Source of the DNA: an uncultured Chthonomonadaceae bacterium
GTDB taxonomy: Bacteria > Armatimonadota > Chthonomonadetes > Chthonomonadales > Chthonomonadaceae
Length of the DNA stretch: 64,000 bases
Assembly (NCBI GenBank): GCA_963835065.1
Contig: CAWIEK010000001.1
Span: forward strand, 64,001 to 128,000
Direction: 5' to 3'
In this document: positions 60,191 through 64,000 of the stretch, one piece after another
How positions within the stretch are numbered: position 1 is the first letter of the stretch
How the letters are laid out: the number at the start of each line of letters is the position of its first letter
Notes under the pieces: generated by a model
Told to the model about the DNA's origin: nothing
The model's database searches: none
What the model saw: the letters and a program-made list of their open reading frames with translations, nothing else
Program-made: the position numbers and the translations under genes

Positions 60191-60377
60191 GCGTTGTGGC
60201 GACGCACTGAAGTGCTTCGCTGTATGGCCTGCGGCCCGGTGTCCTTCGGACACGCTTGTCTCTCAGGCTGGCATGGCGTATGTAGGGAAGATGCCATCTC
60301 TCAACGAGAGGATTATGTCCGCAGGACATTGGGCGGAACGCCCTACAGCGAAGCACTTCAGTGCGTCGCCCTAACGC
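60191..60377. repeat. Family P palindromic element (reverse orientation, longer loop)
   Basis: GGCGACGCACTGAAGTGCTTCGCTGTA / TACAGCGAAGCACTTCAGTGCGTCGCC. Confidence 0.85.
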
Positions 60378-60386
60378 ACAAAGCCA

Positions 60387-60639
60387 GAAAAAAAGAGCCA
60401 AACAACGCGAAACAAACGAAACCTTTGCCTCACTCATCCTGTCTAAACATACACATACGTCTACTGTACAGGCGTTATACCCACAGGAAGGGAGGTGCAA
60501 AGCCTATGTTTCACCCCTCCCGTTCGCCCTGACGCTTACGAGGTCACGACGCCTCTCTCCTACAATTTGACACAACGAGACATCGGGCTGGAAGCGCTGT
60601 ATTGCCAAGATTTCGACGATGACTCTACATACTCTTTTT
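60387..60639 (+). ncRNA. Candidate sRNA/micro-peptide transcription unit, copy B
   Basis: Paralogue of 8382-8634; AAACCT-N16-GTCTAA, SD, micro-ORF, conserved tail. Confidence 0.55.
60506..60532 (+). CDS. Candidate 8-aa micro-peptide MFHPSRSP
   Basis: GGGAGGTG SD; frame conserved with copy A. Confidence 0.4.
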   Translation: MFHPSRSP

Positions 60640-60707
60640 GTCCCCGTTCTTGTCAGCAAATATGCGCTATAATAAACGTATCGCGCCGCAGGAAAGGAAA
60701 TGTCAAC

Positions 60708-60914
60708 ATGCCCGTGCTGGAATTGACCGATGAGCAGGTTGTAACTCTACTACAGCAATTGCCGGAAGCGCAGAAGCAGCGCGTTCTCCTGCGCCTGCAA
60801 GAACCGTCAGAAGCGCCGAAAACGCCGAAGTTTGGGATTGCGAAAGGCGCTATACGTTACATGGCTCCTGATTTTGATGCGCCTTTAGACGATTTCAAAG
60901 AGTACATGGAATGA
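60708..60914 (+). CDS. DUF2281-like antitoxin
   Basis: PKFGIAKG..MAPDFDAPLDDFKEYM; GAAAGGA SD. Confidence 0.75.
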   Translation: MPVLELTDEQVVTLLQQLPEAQKQRVLLRLQEPSEAPKTPKFGIAKGAIRYMAPDFDAPLDDFKEYME

Positions 60915-60945
60915 CGCCTCTACTACTGAACAGGAAAGAAACGGC

Positions 60946-61552
60946 ATGACAAGTACGCTAATTGCCCCTGAAAACGAAACCTTCCCTAACCGCCGACGCT
61001 GGACGCGTCAACAATGCGAACGCCTCGTTGAGATCGGGGAACTTGTTGGACGCTACGAACTGATTGATGGGGAGATCATTTCCAAGATGGGCCAGAATCC
61101 ACCACACCGCATCACGATAAAATTGCTGTTACACTGGCTTATTGGCATATTCGGTGATTTTTATGTGCAAACAGAAGACCCCATTGCCATTCCCGGCGAA
61201 GAAGGCGAAACTACGGAACCGGAACCCGATGTTGCCGTCACTCTCGAACCGACAACCGCCTATCATCAACGCGCATCCCGGCCCCGACGACCTGCTACTC
61301 GTCGTTGAAGTGTCGGATACCACGCGCCGTTTCGATCTGACAACGAAAGCCCTGCTCTACGCCCGTGTCGGCATCCGCGAATACTGGGTCATGGACATTA
61401 CGGAACGCCAAATTCATATTCACCGCGCGCCCACACCCGACGGTTACGCAGATGTGACCATGCACGACCCGGAAGCAATAGTTTTCATTGCCGACCATCC
61501 CGAAACCGCCATTCGCGCCGCCGACCTGTTTCCGCCTATCGCATTAGATTGA
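60946..61552 (+). CDS. Uma2 family putative endonuclease; 1-nt frameshift at ~61264
   Basis: RYELIDGEI, PEPD, LLVVEVSDTT, KALLYARVGIREYW. Confidence 0.85.
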
Positions 61553-61605
61553 GTTGGCGCAGAGCGCGTAAAGCGACACAGAGCGCGTAAATCGCCGCGT
61601 AGCGT

Positions 61606-61740
61606 CCGTGCAATAAATTGCGCGGCTATGATAACGTAGGGACATAACATGTTATGTCCTGCCTTCGCGGACTCCATCGTATAAAAATGATCTCTACCGC
61701 ATTGAGTCCGCGTAGGCGGACTTCGTTATCATAGCCGCGA
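61606..61740. repeat. REPIN-like palindrome with a second REP nested in its left arm
   Basis: CGCGGCTATGATAACG / CGTTATCATAGCCGCG; CGCGGACTC/GAGTCCGCG; GTAGGGACATAACATGTTATGTCC at 61636-61659. Confidence 0.7.
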
Positions 61741-61825
61741 CAAAGAGATTAAAATAAGTTACTCACGGCGCTTACGGGAACCCTAATACCTAACACCTAA
61801 CACCTAACACCCAACCGAGGTTTGC

Positions 61826-63424
61826 ATGATTATTCCTGACCGTGAGGAGTTTCGCCGTCGCGCCCAACAGGGCAACCTGATCCCCGTGTACCGCGAGATA
61901 CTGGCCGACCGCCTGACGCCCGTGAGCGCGTTTGAAGCCCTGATTGCCGACCGCCCGGATACCGACAATCCCTATGCGTTCCTGCTGGAAAGCGTGGAGG
62001 GCGGCGAGCGGCTGGGGCGCTACTCGTTTCTGGGCGCAAATCCCTCGCTCGTCTTTCGCAGCAAGGGCCGCACAGCAACCATTGAGGAACACGGACACGC
62101 GCAGACAGTGGAAATCGCGCCCGGTCAAGACCCGCTCACGCTCTTGCAGGAACTGTTGAGCCGCTACCGGTACGTGGAAAATGCCGGCCTGCCCCGTTTT
62201 TGCGGCGGCGCGGTCGGCTTCTTCGGCTACGACGTGGTGCGCTTTTTTGAAGACCTGCCCGACAAAAACCCCGATGACTTAAACGTAGACGACGCCTGCT
62301 TCCTGTTCACCGACACCCTCCTGATTTTCGATCACGTCCGCCACCGGATGCAGGTCTTGTGCAACGCCCACGTCACCGGAAATCCCGACGCCGCTTACGA
62401 CGATGCCTGCGCGAAAATTGGGCAATTGGTGGAGCGACTGCGGGGGGAAAGAAAAGGAGAAAAGGAGAAAAGGAGAAGAGGAAACAGGGAACAGGGAACA
62501 GGGAACAGGGAACAGAAGAAGAGAAGACAGAAGACAGAAGGCAGAAGACAGAAGAGGATGCCCAATCAACTATCAACTATCAACTCATCAACTCCTACCT
62601 CTCTTTTTCCTCGTACTGAATACGAAGCCGCCGTCGAGCGCTGCCGGGAGTATATTCTGGCGGGGGATGCGTTTCAGGTGGTGCTTTCGCAGCGGTTTCA
62701 GGTGGAGTTTTCCGCCCCGCCGTTTGACGTGTACCGCGCCCTGCGTTCCGTCAACCCCTCCCCCTATATGTACTATCTGGATATGGGCAAGCGCAAAATC
62801 ATCGGCACGTCGCCCGAAATTCTGGTCACGGTGGAGCAGGAAACGGTACGGGTGCGCCCCATTGCCGGAACCCGCCCACGCGGGAAAACCTCTGACGAAG
62901 ATACCAGTCTGGAAACGGAATTGCTGGCGGACGCCAAAGAACGCGCCGAGCATATCATGCTGGTGGATTTGGGGCGCAACGACATCGGGCGCGTGTGCGA
63001 GTACGGCAGCGTTCAGGTGGATGAACTGATGAACATCGAGCGCTACTCGCATGTGATGCACATCGTTTCCAACGTCACGGGAAAACTGCGGGCGGGCAGT
63101 GACGCCTTCGATGTGATGCGGGCATGTTTCCCGGCGGGAACCGTTTCGGGAGCGCCCAAAGTCCGCGCCATGCAAATCATTGACGAGCAGGAGCCGACGC
63201 GCCGGGGCTTTTACGCCGGTTCCGTTGGCTACTTCAGTTATTCCGGCGATATGGACATGGCAATCACCATCCGCACCATGCTGGTAGACGGCCAAACCGC
63301 GTACTTGCAGGCCGGCGGCGGATTGGTCGCCGACTCCACGCCCGCCAATGAGTATCAGGAGTGCCTCAACAAAGCCCGCGCCCTCGTCACCGCCATCGAA
63401 CTCGCCGAACAAGGATTAGATTAA
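61826..63424 (+). CDS. trpE: Anthranilate synthase component I
   Basis: LLESVEG, GRYSF, NPSPYMY, PIAGTRPRG, EHIMLVDLGRND, GTVSGAPK. Confidence 0.93.
   Translation: MIIPDREEFRRRAQQGNLIPVYREILADRLTPVSAFEALIADRPDTDNPYAFLLESVEGGERLGRYSFLGANPSLVFRSKGRTATIEEHGHAQTVEIAPGQDPLTLLQELLSRYRYVENAGLPRFCGGAVGFFGYDVVRFFEDLPDKNPDDLNVDDACFLFTDTLLIFDHVRHRMQVLCNAHVTGNPDAAYDDACAKIGQLVERLRGERKGEKEKRRRGNREQGTGNREQKKRRQKTEGRRQKRMPNQLSTINSSTPTSLFPRTEYEAAVERCREYILAGDAFQVVLSQRFQVEFSAPPFDVYRALRSVNPSPYMYYLDMGKRKIIGTSPEILVTVEQETVRVRPIAGTRPRGKTSDEDTSLETELLADAKERAEHIMLVDLGRNDIGRVCEYGSVQVDELMNIERYSHVMHIVSNVTGKLRAGSDAFDVMRACFPAGTVSGAPKVRAMQIIDEQEPTRRGFYAGSVGYFSYSGDMDMAITIRTMLVDGQTAYLQAGGGLVADSTPANEYQECLNKARALVTAIELAEQGLD
62447..62594. 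repeat. In-frame stack of four tandem-repeat families inside trpE
   Basis: GAAAAGGA x3, CAGGGAA x4, AGAAGAC x4, ATCAACT x4. Confidence 0.9.
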
Positions 63425-63763
63425 CCACCCGCTTCGCTAGAGGCACAGAGACACAGAGGTTTCACAGAGAAAAACAGAAGAGGAGAGAGGGGAACCGCGA
63501 AACACACGAACTAAACGAAAAAACACGAAAAGAAGAAAGACGAAAAGAGCATAGACAAATCCGCAGATGCCGCCCAATGCTTAGAATGAACAGGCTTCTC
63601 TTCTCGGTTCCTAATCCTGTTTAATCCTTCTAATCCCGTTAATCCTGTCTATTTCTTTTCCTCCCCTTTTCGTCTTGGTTCGTGTATTTCGCGGTTCCCC
63701 ATCTCCTTTTCTTCCTCTGTGAAACCTCTGTGCCTCTGTGTCTCTAGCCGCAGGCGGGTGGTT
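63423..63763. repeat. Nested inverted-repeat element between convergent genes
   Basis: Outer AACCACCCGC..CACAGAG arms; inner GGGGAACCGCGAAA..CGAA arms; orphan AATCCTGT arm. Confidence 0.85.
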
Positions 63764-63766
63764 CAT

Positions 63767-64000
63767 TTATCCTGTTTTTGTAGAGGGTTTGGCGTCGTCG
63801 CGGGGGCGGGTGAGCGGTAAAAGGACGGTGAAGACGGTTCCTTTTTCGGGCAGATTGTCCATGCGCAGTTCGCCGTGATGCAATTCCACGTAGCGGCGCA
63901 CGAGGGGCAGACCCACTTCCCAGCCTTCATAGCCGCGCGTCTGCACGTTTTCCAAACGGGGGAACGGACTGAGCATGTTGGCAAAGGCTTCAGCCGGCAG
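63767..64000 (-). CDS. C-terminus of a histidine-kinase-type HATPase domain (partial, runs off the window)
   Basis: GLPLVRRYVELHHGEL...GTVFTVLLP. Confidence 0.75.
   Translation of the reverse strand: MPAEAFANMLSPFPRLENVQTRGYEGWEVGLPLVRRYVELHHGELRMDNLPEKGTVFTVLLPLTRPRDDAKPSTKTG

Noticed and set aside
60506..60622. Selenocysteine or readthrough at the micro-ORF TGA followed by a hairpin
   Set aside because: Copy A has another in-frame TGA three codons later, so the extension is not conserved

Overview
GC-rich bacterial chromosome segment. The SLH/collagen/barrel surface protein, Uma2 and cyclase-ATPase-TPR genes suggest Armatimonadota (inference). Housekeeping and metabolic genes include topA, trpE, queE, an orphan glmL-like gene, oxidoreductases, a GH5-like hydrolase, an ECF sigma cassette and a HisKA_2 kinase/ANTAR regulator pair. 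Several defence modules are interleaved: an AAA ATPase+partner pair, a type I RM locus whose duplicated hsdM 5' end brackets an IS3 element and an ABC-three-component (Lamassu-like) system, a Septu-like ATPase+HNH pair, and a fused type IIG-like RM gene. The most unusual signals are non-coding. (1) A ~250 bp unit occurs twice, inverted and 52 kb apart, with an ECF-type promoter, a strong SD, a micro-ORF MF(P)HPSRSP conserved via synonymous changes and an in-frame indel, and a conserved structured tail. (2) Many heptamer-repeat hairpin families occur, three inserted in frame in glmL, topA and trpE. (3) A REPIN-like palindrome family has one copy in frame inside a gene and one with an inverted core. 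About ten single-base frameshifts in unrelated genes are most likely assembly errors. All family calls rest on motif recognition by eye; no searches were run.
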